Shown here one piece after another: positions 48,005-56,979 of a stretch of 64,000 nt of DNA (position 1 is its first letter; each line of letters begins with the position of its first letter). Source of the stretch: Alphaproteobacteria bacterium (lineage in GTDB: Bacteria > Pseudomonadota > Alphaproteobacteria > Rickettsiales > 21-14-0-20-44-7); assembly GCA_043757405.1 (NCBI GenBank), contig JAYVPI010000011.1, positions 49,297-113,296 of the forward strand, given 5' to 3'. The translations under genes and the position numbers were made by a program. A model generated the notes under the pieces. The model had not been told where the DNA came from and searched no databases. It saw only the letters and a program-made list of their open reading frames with translations.

Positions 48005-48727
48005 CTATTTGCAACCTAACTCAGTCTTTGCCGCAGAGGCTTTGCCTTTCAAGTCGCTATGCGCGTCCGGGAACTCAGTTTCAAACCTGGCAACATATTT
48101 GCAAGCTTCTTCTTTCTTGCCCAATTCCTTCAAAGTCAGCGCCATTTTCAAGATATTTTCGGAGGCTTTATCGCCGGTCGGCGCTTCTTTATAACCTTTC
48201 AGATAATTGATAGCTGCAGTATTGAAATCACGTTCGCTCCAGGCAATTTCGCCGAGCCAGAAATATGCTTCACCTGATTGTTCGGTACCGGGATGTTTTT
48301 CGACAAACACTTTCAAGGCCGGACGCGCGGTTTTGTAATCTTCGGAGACGACGCTTTTGAAAATTTCGTCGAACTCGGTGTCTAATGTTTCTGACGAAAC
48401 TGGGGCAACTTTGGTTACATATGGATTTGGTTTGGTCACGGTGCTGCCATCGGCGGCGCTGGCCTTTGCCGTTTGGCCGACGACTAAGGGTTCAGTAGTT
48501 GGGGCAGGTTTGGCCCCTACTGCTTGTGCGGCGGCGATGTCTTTACGTGCCAGGTCGATGCTGTGCTGCAGCTCGTCGACTTTACCGGTCAGGCGGCGGT
48601 TTTCCTCTTCGAGATTGGTAACCTTGGCGGTGAGAGTCGCGATTGCGATTGATGAATCAGTCTGGTCCGCCGCTTGTGCGGCCAGGGAAATGGATAAAAT
48701 TGCTAATGCGCTGAATAATTTTTTCAT
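48005..48727 (-). CDS. cpoB: Tol-Pal system protein CpoB/YbgF
   Basis: 240 aa with a signal peptide, an N-terminal coiled coil and a C-terminal TPR-like region. Lies directly after pal. Confidence 0.85.
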   Translation of the reverse strand: MKKLFSALAILSISLAAQAADQTDSSIAIATLTAKVTNLEEENRRLTGKVDELQHSIDLARKDIAAAQAVGAKPAPTTEPLVVGQTAKASAADGSTVTKPNPYVTKVAPVSSETLDTEFDEIFKSVVSEDYKTARPALKVFVEKHPGTEQSGEAYFWLGEIAWSERDFNTAAINYLKGYKEAPTGDKASENILKMALTLKELGKKEEACKYVARFETEFPDAHSDLKGKASAAKTELGCK

Positions 48728-48761
48728 TGTTCAAATATATGTGGGCCAGCGGAAAAAGCAA

Positions 48762-48794
48762 TAAAAAAGCCCGCCAGATTTTTCCGGCGGGCTT
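48762..48794 (-). terminator. Hairpin with U-run after pal (terminator/attenuator before cpoB)
   Basis: agcccgcc-(10 nt)-ggcgggct. On the minus strand it is followed by tttttt. Confidence 0.6.
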
Positions 48795-48816
48795 AAATAT
48801 TAGGTTGCTTCAAGTC

Positions 48817-49293
48817 TTACTTGGCAACAGTAACCGAGCGGCGGTTGAGAGCCCATGATTCTTCATCAGAGCCTGTCGCTACAGGGCGTTCTTTACCATA
48901 AGAGATCGTTGAAACGCGAGCTGCTGGCACACCTGCATTCACGAGGAATTGCTTAGTGGCATTGGCACGGCGTTCACCGAGTGCAAGGTTGTATTCACGA
49001 GTACCGCGCTCATCGCAATGGCCTTCGATAACAACTGAAGTAGAGTTACCTTTCAGGTATTCAGCTTGTTTTGCAAGAACTGCAGTTGCTTCAGAAGTAA
49101 GCGCAGAGCTGTTATATGCGAAATAAACTGTGTCAGAAATGCCCGGGGACAATTCACCACCGCCTACGCCTGCGTTTTCAGAACCAACGCCACCAGCACC
49201 ACCGTTCGCGCTATTTGCGCCGTCAGTTGGAGGGGTTTCGCAGCCTACTACCAGGACGCAAAGGAAAAGTACGGAAAGAATTCTAGAGATCAT
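48817..49293 (-). CDS. pal: Peptidoglycan-associated lipoprotein Pal
   Basis: 158 aa with the lipobox VVGC and an OmpA-like C-terminal domain (GHCDERGTREYNLALGERRA). Confidence 0.93.
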   Translation of the reverse strand: MISRILSVLFLCVLVVGCETPPTDGANSANGGAGGVGSENAGVGGGELSPGISDTVYFAYNSSALTSEATAVLAKQAEYLKGNSTSVVIEGHCDERGTREYNLALGERRANATKQFLVNAGVPAARVSTISYGKERPVATGSDEESWALNRRSVTVAK

Positions 49294-49440
49294 AATAATA
49301 TCCTTAATTAATTTTTATTCAACTTGCCAGCCGAACTGGCTGAATTTCGGGCTTGAGTTTTAGTTATAGTGCATATCAAGTCAAGATGAATCTTATGTGC
49401 GCTCGCGGGGGCATAGTAGCAGTTGCATAGGAGACACATG

Positions 49441-49509
49441 GTTTTAGGTTATCGGTGTTGGGTTGTGTGGAAAACCCCAACACCCAAAACCCAAAACCTA
49501 ACACCGAAT
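49441..49509. repeat. Inverted pair of imperfect heptamer arrays (ggtgttg/ggttgtg ... cccaaaa cccaaaa cctaaca)
   Basis: The arms at 49441-49470 and 49475-49509 are imperfect reverse complements. Located between the tolB stop and pal. Confidence 0.7.
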
Positions 49510-50799
49510 CTACTTCAAAAGCGGCGACCAGGTCGGGTCTGAGGCATCGCCAGGAGTCGGAATTACACGGTCATTATAACCTGTAATATCCACTGAATGC
49601 AGCCGTGAGCGCCCATTGCGCTCGCCTCTGGTGAAGACAATAACCCGGCCATTTGGCGACCAGGATGGGCCTTCGTCGAGGAAGCTGGAGGTCAAAAGAC
49701 GCTCGCCCGTGCCATCCGGGCGGATAACGCCGATATGGAAGCTGCCTTCCTGCTTGGTAAAGGCGATATAATCCCCGCGTGGCGACCAAACTGGCGTGCC
49801 GTAATTACCTTTGCCAAAAGTCAGGCGTTTGACGTTGCTGCCATCGGCATTCATCAGATAAAGCGCTTGTGAGCCGCCGCGGTCAGAGCTGAAGACGATT
49901 TGTGAGTTATCCGGCGAATAAAACGGGGTAGTACTAATCGCGCTGCCGCCGCTGGTAAGGCGACGCTTGCCGCCGCCGTTGCGGTCGGTTTCATAAATAT
50001 CGGTGCCGCCATTGAGCGCCATTGAGAGCAATAATCTATTACCGTCGGAATTATAGCGCGGTGCAAAAGTCATGCCTGGAAAATCACCAATCACGTTTTC
50101 GTTGCCGGTTTCAACTTCCAGCGTACGCACGCGCGGTGCGCCGTTGGCAAAGGAAAGATAAATGATTTTTTGGTCGGCAGGTGAGAAGCGTGGTGTTAAT
50201 ACCAGGGTTTTGCCGCCGGTGATAAATTGGTGGTTGGCGCCATCTTGATCCATGATCGCCAAACGTTTGACACGCCGGTTTTTAGCGCCCGATTCAGCAA
50301 CATAAACTATGCGCGAGTCAAAATAACCTTTTTCGCCGGTAAGCCGTTCATAGATTTTATCAGAAATTTGATGGGCGACGCGGCGCAATCCGCGTTCGGA
50401 AGTAGTAAAGGCAAAACCTTCGATCTGCTGTCCGGAAAGTACGTCCCATAAGCGGAATTCGATTTCAATATCAGAACCGGAGCCGCGCACAGTGCCGGTT
50501 ACCAATGCTTGCGCGCCGATCTGTGACCAGCTGGCGAAAGTCGGTTTAACCTGGCCGGGACGCATATTCTCGACGAATGCGGCTTTGTTGATTAGCTCGA
50601 ATAATCCCGTACCGCCCAAATCGTTGGCGACTACACTTTCCAAAACGCTGCTGGAAGTGCCGCTGCCGCTAAAACCATAAATCGCAATCGGAATCGGCTT
50701 GAATTGGCCTTGCGTGACATCAACCTGCAACCGCGCCGCATGGGAAGATGCAGGCAGGGATATAAACAAAATCAGAAACGCGAATATAATTTTTTTCAT
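49510..50799 (-). CDS. tolB: Tol-Pal system beta-propeller protein TolB
   Basis: 429 aa with a signal peptide and repeated propeller blades of the (P)xWSPDG type (FSPADQ, YNSDGN, YSPDNS, WSPRGD, WSPNGR). Confidence 0.95.
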   Translation of the reverse strand: MKKIIFAFLILFISLPASSHAARLQVDVTQGQFKPIPIAIYGFSGSGTSSSVLESVVANDLGGTGLFELINKAAFVENMRPGQVKPTFASWSQIGAQALVTGTVRGSGSDIEIEFRLWDVLSGQQIEGFAFTTSERGLRRVAHQISDKIYERLTGEKGYFDSRIVYVAESGAKNRRVKRLAIMDQDGANHQFITGGKTLVLTPRFSPADQKIIYLSFANGAPRVRTLEVETGNENVIGDFPGMTFAPRYNSDGNRLLLSMALNGGTDIYETDRNGGGKRRLTSGGSAISTTPFYSPDNSQIVFSSDRGGSQALYLMNADGSNVKRLTFGKGNYGTPVWSPRGDYIAFTKQEGSFHIGVIRPDGTGERLLTSSFLDEGPSWSPNGRVIVFTRGERNGRSRLHSVDITGYNDRVIPTPGDASDPTWSPLLK

Positions 50800-50817
50800 A
50801 ATTCTCTCTAGTTATCC

Positions 50818-50926
50818 GTTATCCCGGCGAAGGCAGGAAGCCAGTTGTTATAATCTCATATTATAAGTCTTATTCTTGGTCAAGGCAGGATATAGCTGGA
50901 TCCTCGGATCAAGTCCGAGGATGACA
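50818..50926. repeat. Degenerate palindromic element with AT-rich insert
   Basis: gttatcccggcgaaggcaggaagccag ... gctggatcctcggatcaagtccgaggatgaca. Confidence 0.6.
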
Positions 50927-50935
50927 TCTGCGATA

Positions 50936-51331
50936 TCAATTTTTAGGTGAAAATAGCAAGGTTAAATTTTGCCAAACATCATATAGTTGTGGCGGCGGCG
51001 TTTTCTTAATCGGGTTGCAATTAGGATCGGCGATTGCATCTTCAACCGATTGCGCCAAGTCTTTCTGATCGGGGCTAATTTCTCCCGCGAACTCAATAAA
51101 TTTTACGTAACCTTGAAGATCGATATTAATTTCTGCCTGTAATGGTGCATAATTGGACGTAGCGGGAATTTTCCAGCAGGGGCGGAGTTGGCTGGAAATC
51201 AAAACCGCGATTTGCCTCATAGTTTTTTCCGGAACTTCATCTTCTTCATTCTGCGTTTGCACCATTGGCGCATCCGCGGCCATTGCCGGCATGGCGAAAA
51301 GAATACATGCAAACAGAACAAATATTTTCAT
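50936..51331 (-). CDS. Secreted stand-alone TolA C-terminal-domain paralog
   Basis: 131 aa with a signal peptide. The segment ...QLRPCWKIP...INIDLQGYVKFIEF...DPNCNPIKKTPP...FSPKN aligns with the TolA C-terminus (MKCWSPP...DIDIERDGTMKFIGF...DQECNPLRELPP...FDPKDY). Confidence 0.6.
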   Translation of the reverse strand: MKIFVLFACILFAMPAMAADAPMVQTQNEEDEVPEKTMRQIAVLISSQLRPCWKIPATSNYAPLQAEINIDLQGYVKFIEFAGEISPDQKDLAQSVEDAIADPNCNPIKKTPPPQLYDVWQNLTLLFSPKN

Positions 51332-51332
51332 A

Positions 51333-52115
51333 TTAATAGTCCTTCGGGTCGAAATTGATCGTGGTTTCTTTCCATATACTGTATTTATCTATGGGCGGCA
51401 ACTCGCGTAATGGGTTGCATTCCTGGTCAAGTACGGCACGCCGCGCCGCATCTGTTGCCACCTGATACATTGGGTCGGAGTTTTGCCCGGGCCCAAAACC
51501 GATAAATTTCATAGTTCCGTCGCGCTCAATATCTATATCAACCTTTACAGCCAGGTTTTTAGTATTTGCGCCTCCCGCAGGCGGGCTCCAGCATTTCATG
51601 ACCTGATCATGGATTAGTTTGCTGATATAATCATTCTCAGCCAAGGCTTCAGGCGAATTTTTGTCAAAGGGCTGGTCGGATTTGCTGTCTTCTTTCGTAT
51701 CTTCCTCATTGCTTGATTTAGTGTCCGGCTTTGGCTTGTCGAGATCCTTTAATAAATTATCCAGCTCATCTATTTTTGGTTTTTCCGGTTTTTTCTCAGG
51801 TTTCTTTTCCGGTTTCTTATCCGGCTGTTTAGGCTCTGGTTTTTTCGGCTCAGGCTTTTTCGGTTCCGGTGGTTTCGGCACTGGCTTTTTTGGCTCTGGC
51901 GGTTTTGGTTCCGCTTTCTTCGGCTGCGGCGGTTTCACATCGCGTTTTGGCGCCGGTTTCAAATTAGTCTTGTCACCAATCGGCGCCAATTGCACCACGA
52001 TCGGTTTTTCATCCAGCGGTTTCACATGCCGTGAAAAAATGCTCCACGTGCTCATCACCAGCAAAATCGCGATGACAAGATGGAAAATAATCGATTTGAG
52101 AAGATCTTTATTCAT
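51333..52115 (-). CDS. tolA: Tol-Pal system protein TolA
   Basis: 260 aa with an N-terminal TM anchor, a long PEPKK-type Pro/Lys/Glu repeat region and a TolA/TonB-like C-terminal domain. Confidence 0.85.
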   Translation of the reverse strand: MNKDLLKSIIFHLVIAILLVMSTWSIFSRHVKPLDEKPIVVQLAPIGDKTNLKPAPKRDVKPPQPKKAEPKPPEPKKPVPKPPEPKKPEPKKPEPKQPDKKPEKKPEKKPEKPKIDELDNLLKDLDKPKPDTKSSNEEDTKEDSKSDQPFDKNSPEALAENDYISKLIHDQVMKCWSPPAGGANTKNLAVKVDIDIERDGTMKFIGFGPGQNSDPMYQVATDAARRAVLDQECNPLRELPPIDKYSIWKETTINFDPKDY

Positions 52116-52192
52116 GCGGAAAATTTCTTATCCGCAATTTTTAGACTGTCTGGAGTATAATTACAATATGGGAATTAAGGTAATGAATTCAT

Positions 52193-52642
52193 CTATTGGA
52201 TATAGACATGCCGTTCAACTGGTTGAATTTCTAATCGACCAGACTCTATCTCATCCAGAATACAAGAGATAAAACACAAAGGGATCATCGCGGTTAAAAG
52301 ATCTTTTCTTTTACTATCCTCTGGATCAACTTTTACTGATTCAGGTAATTCACCATAGTTAAGCGCAACGATATTACCTCTTTGAATTTGTTCCAAAGTG
52401 TCAGCTTTTATCGCGGCAAAATCATTTGCACCTAAATTCTGTTCCAAAAATTCACTTAACATAGCTGGATTAATCGGCAATTCTTCTTGTCCAATTCTAT
52501 AATATCTTAGTTGGCGATGCATGCTGCTAAGCGCAGGGTACAATTCGTTGAAATCATGTTGTGAGCCCATGAGAATAAATCGAGCTTGTGAAAGCTCAAT
52601 CCTCAACTCTGCAATTTTTATTATTGAAGAAAGGTCGGTCAT
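52193..52642 (-). CDS. Hypothetical protein inserted between tolR and tolA
   Basis: 149-aa AT-rich ORF with no TM segments or recognizable motif. It interrupts the otherwise canonical ybgC-tolQ-tolR-tolA-tolB-pal order. Confidence 0.45.
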   Translation of the reverse strand: MTDLSSIIKIAELRIELSQARFILMGSQHDFNELYPALSSMHRQLRYYRIGQEELPINPAMLSEFLEQNLGANDFAAIKADTLEQIQRGNIVALNYGELPESVKVDPEDSKRKDLLTAMIPLCFISCILDEIESGRLEIQPVERHVYIQ

Positions 52643-52689
52643 AGTTTTTAATACTATGCTATTATTGTTAAATATTTATTACAAAATAA

Positions 52690-53115
<426 letters not shown>

Positions 53116-53125
53116 ATTGCTCCTA

Positions 53126-53195
53126 TTTTTGATTTTTGATTTTTGATTTTTGATTTGTTCTTCAAATCAGCAATCAGCAATCAAAAATCAGCAAT
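53126..53195. repeat. Inverted pair of heptamer arrays: (tttttga)x4 and aatcagc/aatcagc/aatcaaa/aatcagc
   Basis: The perfect 4x array at 53126-53153 faces an imperfect complementary array at 53165-53195 in the tolQ-tolR spacer. Confidence 0.85.
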
Positions 53196-53202
53196 TTTTA
53201 AG

Positions 53203-53985
53203 TTATATTTTCCCTTCATCAAGCTGGCGTGAAATCAATGTCTCGAATTCATCGGAGAAATCATCAAGCCGGTTGGCGAATTTATCCAGGTCGGTCGAGA
53301 AGCGGTTATAAGCGATAACTGCCGGAATCGCCGCCACAAGCCCGATTGCAGTTGCGAAAAGCGCTTCCGCGATACCAGGGGCAACAACTGCCAGTGATAC
53401 GTTTTTGGCTGAAGCGATGGAGCTGAAAGATGCCATAATCCCCCACACCGTACCGAACAATCCAACAAATGGAGTTGCCGAGCCGACAGTGGCGAGGAAG
53501 TTAAGGCGGTTTTCCAATTCATCCAAAGCGCGGTTTTTGGCGACATGCATTACGGTAGAAATGCGGGCGCGGATTCCGTCTTTGTTATTTCCAGCCATCG
53601 CAGTCGGGCCGCTTTTCTGCAATTCTTCCATTCCGGCGACGAAAACATCAGCCATCGGATGGCTCATATTACGGCCTTTTTGTTTTTCGTATAATTGCTC
53701 AATCGTATTTCCCGCCCAGAAATTGGCTTCAAATCTTTGTGCCTTGAATTTTGCAGTTTTGAACTTGCCCCATTTCTCGAAAATAATCGTCCAACTCCAT
53801 ATTGACGCCACCGCCAATGATATAATCACCAGCTTGACAACGATATCCGCATTAGCGAACAAATCGATGAATGACAAGCCGTGATGCCCAACATCAGCAA
53901 CGGTTTTGCTACCCTCCAACGCTATCGAATTAACCTGCTCTACCGGAGCTGATGAAACTGTTTCTACCATATATTCTTCCCTCAA
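53203..53985 (-). CDS. tolQ: Tol-Pal system protein TolQ (MotA/TolQ/ExbB family)
   Basis: 260 aa with three TM segments and the TVGSATPFVGLFGTVWGIM motif. The track start is TTG; the alternative ATG is at 53970. Confidence 0.9.
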   Translation of the reverse strand: MREEYMVETVSSAPVEQVNSIALEGSKTVADVGHHGLSFIDLFANADIVVKLVIISLAVASIWSWTIIFEKWGKFKTAKFKAQRFEANFWAGNTIEQLYEKQKGRNMSHPMADVFVAGMEELQKSGPTAMAGNNKDGIRARISTVMHVAKNRALDELENRLNFLATVGSATPFVGLFGTVWGIMASFSSIASAKNVSLAVVAPGIAEALFATAIGLVAAIPAVIAYNRFSTDLDKFANRLDDFSDEFETLISRQLDEGKI

Positions 53986-53987
53986 TC

Positions 53988-54015
53988 TGTCATTCCCGCG
54001 CAGGCGGGAATCCAG
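53988..54015. repeat. Single palindromic module tgtcattcccgcgcaggcgggaatccag
   Basis: Self-complementary cccgc-gcag-gcggg core. A degenerate partner (ctggatccccgcgca...) lies at 54123-54137. Confidence 0.6.
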
Positions 54016-54157
54016 TGATATTAAATTTTAATTGCCGCCAGACAATTTACGATAATTTTCTTGCTTCGCAAGAAGTAAATATTCGGCGGCAACCGGCCTG
54101 CCAAACCTCCTGCCATTTTATACTGGATCCCCGCGCATTTTTGTCCCCTGACAAAAA

Positions 54158-54556
54158 TCACGAGGATAACGGCGAGGCCGTCATTTTCTCTTTTATCTCA
54201 TCCGGAATGCTTACCGGCGTAAGTTCTTTTCTTCCTACGCAGACAATAACGACGATAGATTTCGCCAATAATTTTTCGCCTATGTATGAATCCTGATTCA
54301 AAGTTATAGATGCGCGTGAAATATTTTGCAAACTAGTTTTGACGGTGATGACATCATCAAGTTTTCCGGGGCTGAGATAATCAATCTCGATTTTGCGCAC
54401 GACAAATAATACTTCCAGATTCGATTGGTTAAACCCAATTTCGCGCAGCCACTCCGTCCGCGCCCGCTCCGCAAAGCGCAGGAAGTTGGCGTGATAAACT
54501 ACCCCGCCGGCGTCCGTGTCTTCATAATATACGCGGTATGAAATTTTGTGTGGCAT
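54158..54556 (-). CDS. ybgC: Tol-Pal-associated acyl-CoA thioesterase YbgC
   Basis: 132 aa with a hotdog fold. VYYEDTDAGGVVYHANFLRFAERARTEWL matches the 4HBT/YbgC family. First gene of the tol cluster. Confidence 0.88.
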   Translation of the reverse strand: MPHKISYRVYYEDTDAGGVVYHANFLRFAERARTEWLREIGFNQSNLEVLFVVRKIEIDYLSPGKLDDVITVKTSLQNISRASITLNQDSYIGEKLLAKSIVVIVCVGRKELTPVSIPDEIKEKMTASPLSS

Positions 54557-54608
54557 AGGCCGAGACTGTCAGGGGTGGGGCAATATTTCAAGATAAATTA
54601 TACAAGCT

Positions 54609-54698
54609 TGTCATTCTCGGGCTTGACCCGAGAATCCAGTGCTTCTTGGTGATGGTGGCATAGCGATCTGGATCCTCGGGTCAAGCCCGAGAATGACA
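54609..54698. repeat. Palindromic element, type A
   Basis: tgtcattctcgggcttgacccgagaatccag ... ctggatcctcgggtcaagcccgagaatgaca. Confidence 0.85.
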
Positions 54699-54706
54699 TA
54701 TCGAGA

Positions 54707-55246
54707 TTAGAAAATTTTATTTTCCATAACGATCTTATCCAGCTTCACATCCCAATCTTCGTTGGGGATTTTCTCGACTTCCTGGGTGGAATATGCAACT
54801 CCGATGCTCATTGAAGGCTTCAGCGCCGCAATCGTCCGGTCATAAAATCCGCCGCCATAACCAAGCCGGTGTTTGTCTTTGTCAAAAGCGAGTAGGGGAA
54901 CAATTACGATATTGGGAGTCAATTCTTCGTGATGATTTTTGCAGGGTTCGTAAATTTTATGATGCGGGCTCTTCACCATCACCGCTTCCGGCTCCCACTG
55001 GCGGAAATGCAGCGGCGCATTTTTTTCTGAAATACAAGGCAGGCAAATATCATAGCCACGCTCATATAGTTCTTTAATCAACGGCCGCACATCAATCTCC
55101 GACCCAATCGGCCAATAAGCGCTGATGATACTGCCCGCCGGAATCTCAATATTTTTAAGAAAATTGTCACGCAGAGCTAAACCCTTTTGCGGATTATGAA
55201 TCTTATCGCGAATCTTTAGCGCGTCTTGTCGTAACTTTTCTTTCAC
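54707..55246 (-). CDS. 5-formyltetrahydrofolate cyclo-ligase
   Basis: 179 aa, GTG start. LGYGGGFYDR is the family signature. Confidence 0.88.
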   Translation of the reverse strand: MKEKLRQDALKIRDKIHNPQKGLALRDNFLKNIEIPAGSIISAYWPIGSEIDVRPLIKELYERGYDICLPCISEKNAPLHFRQWEPEAVMVKSPHHKIYEPCKNHHEELTPNIVIVPLLAFDKDKHRLGYGGGFYDRTIAALKPSMSIGVAYSTQEVEKIPNEDWDVKLDKIVMENKIF

Positions 55247-55421
55247 TAGCCCCCAGAGCCGTCCCGCCTTCGCTCTTTCGAGCTACGGCGCGCCAAGCAG
55301 CCCGCCGCGGCATTGTTATCGCAGAGTCGACGTGAACGGAGAGCCGTCAACGTCGCGCATCCGCGACTGTTTTGAATCGCGAGCGCCCGAGCGCTCGATT
55401 CAAAACAATTATAAATAGAAT

Positions 55422-55571
55422 GGCTCCACAACAACCGTTGGCAGTTTGATTCGCCGAGGTCCTATGATTATAGGTGGGCGCCATATACCAGGCCCACGGG
55501 CCTGACAGGGACAGCTCCCTCTCGTTGAATGAGTATCGACCCTGGGAATGCAGTCGCCTAAACGAGAAGCC
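55422..55571 (-). ncRNA. ssrS: Candidate 6S RNA (SsrS)
   Basis: ~150-nt GC-rich non-coding stretch directly upstream of the 5-FCL gene, which is the classic ssrS-ygfA synteny. The ends pair (GGCUUC/GGAGCC, with further interrupted helices) and there is an apical hairpin caggcccgtgggcctg. The boundaries are approximate. Confidence 0.35.
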
Positions 55572-55650
55572 GCAGAAATCCATTCTAAACGATAATATAG
55601 CACCAATTCACCGTAATTGCAATTAGCCGGGGCTATTATATAATGATTTC

Positions 55651-56979
55651 ATGCGCTTCTCTATCACACTGATATTGCTCATTTCCCTGCTTTTTCCGGC
55701 TCCGGTACTGGCTTTAGGCCTTATCCGCGATGCCGAAATTGAAAAAACCCTGTATGATTATGGCGCCCCGATTTTCCGCACCGCGCGGATTAATCCTGAT
55801 GATGTGAACATATATATCGTCAATGATGATTCGATAAATGCTTTCACCGCCGGTGGTTTGAATCTTTTCATCAATACGGGGCTGATTTTGCGCGCCGATA
55901 ATTCTAATATGCTGATCGGCGTCATGGCGCATGAAACCGGCCATATTGTCGGCGGACACCTTATCAAACGCATGGGCGAGATGGATAATCTCACCGTTGA
56001 AAGTATCCTCACCACAGTTCTCGGCGCCGCTGTGACGGTTGCCGGTTTGCCTAATGCGGGGATAGGCGTGATTGCGGCCGGCCAGCAAGTGGCGCAGCGT
56101 AACTATATGAGCTTCTCGCGCCAGCAGGAAGTTGCTGCCGATGCTGCCGCAATCAAGTTTTTGAATGCCACGCATCAGTCAGCGGGCGGGATGTTGAAGC
56201 TGTTTGAAATTCTGCGCCGCGATGAAACTCTCACCTATGGCACCCTTGATCCATATGCGATCAGCCACCCTTTGAGCCAAGATCGTATTGAGCATGTGCG
56301 CTCGGAAGTTATGATGGCGGATCTTGCGGATGCAGATAATTTCGCCGATCAGCACAAGCGCATGGTTGCCAAATTATATGGATTCTTGGAAAAGCCGGAA
56401 ACTACTTTTCTTAAATATAATGATGAATCCATATATTCTATCTACGCGCGCTCAATTGCATATTTCAAACAATCCAATTTCCCCAAATCATTTGCCGAAT
56501 TGGATAAATTGCTGGCGCAAAAACCTGATGATCCATTTTTTAATGAGTTGAAAGGGCAGTTCTTGTCCGAAAGCGGGCACCCCAAAGACGCAATTGTATA
56601 TTACCAAAAAGCCGATCATGTCTATCCGCATTCTTCGCTCATAAAAACAGAATTGGGCAAAATCCTTCTTGATTCCGGGCGCCTTGATGAGGCTATTTCC
56701 CAACTATCGCAAAGCTCGAAACTGGAACTCACCAATTCCGAAACCTGGCGCCTGCTTGCCATTGCTTATGGCAAAAAGGGCAATGAGGGCATGTCAAAAC
56801 TAATGCTTGCTGAAGAAGCCAATGTTATGGGCAAAAATGACCAGGCGCGGCAATTTGCCCGCTCCGCCAAAGATAAACTGGCAAAAAATTCTCCCGGCTG
56901 GATCCGCTCTAATGATATACTTGCGGATATTAAGCTGAACAAAAAACAGAATAAGGAAGATGAGCATGAGAATTTCTAA
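55651..56979 (+). CDS. M48-family zinc metalloprotease with C-terminal TPR region
   Basis: 442 aa with a signal peptide, the HETGHIVGGH (HExxH) motif and TPR-like helical repeats in the C-terminal half. Confidence 0.85.
   Translation: MRFSITLILLISLLFPAPVLALGLIRDAEIEKTLYDYGAPIFRTARINPDDVNIYIVNDDSINAFTAGGLNLFINTGLILRADNSNMLIGVMAHETGHIVGGHLIKRMGEMDNLTVESILTTVLGAAVTVAGLPNAGIGVIAAGQQVAQRNYMSFSRQQEVAADAAAIKFLNATHQSAGGMLKLFEILRRDETLTYGTLDPYAISHPLSQDRIEHVRSEVMMADLADADNFADQHKRMVAKLYGFLEKPETTFLKYNDESIYSIYARSIAYFKQSNFPKSFAELDKLLAQKPDDPFFNELKGQFLSESGHPKDAIVYYQKADHVYPHSSLIKTELGKILLDSGRLDEAISQLSQSSKLELTNSETWRLLAIAYGKKGNEGMSKLMLAEEANVMGKNDQARQFARSAKDKLAKNSPGWIRSNDILADIKLNKKQNKEDEHENF

Noticed and set aside
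51661-52272. 203-aa ORF antisense to tolA
   Set aside because: It mirrors the Pro/Lys/Glu repeat region of tolA (giving a Gly/Phe/Ser repeat) and has no independent support.
55246-55606. Three overlapping 62-78 aa ORFs (55246-55434, 55347-55583, 55409-55606)
   Set aside because: They overlap each other in different frames within a GC-rich structured non-coding region. That region is interpreted instead as a candidate 6S RNA plus hairpin.
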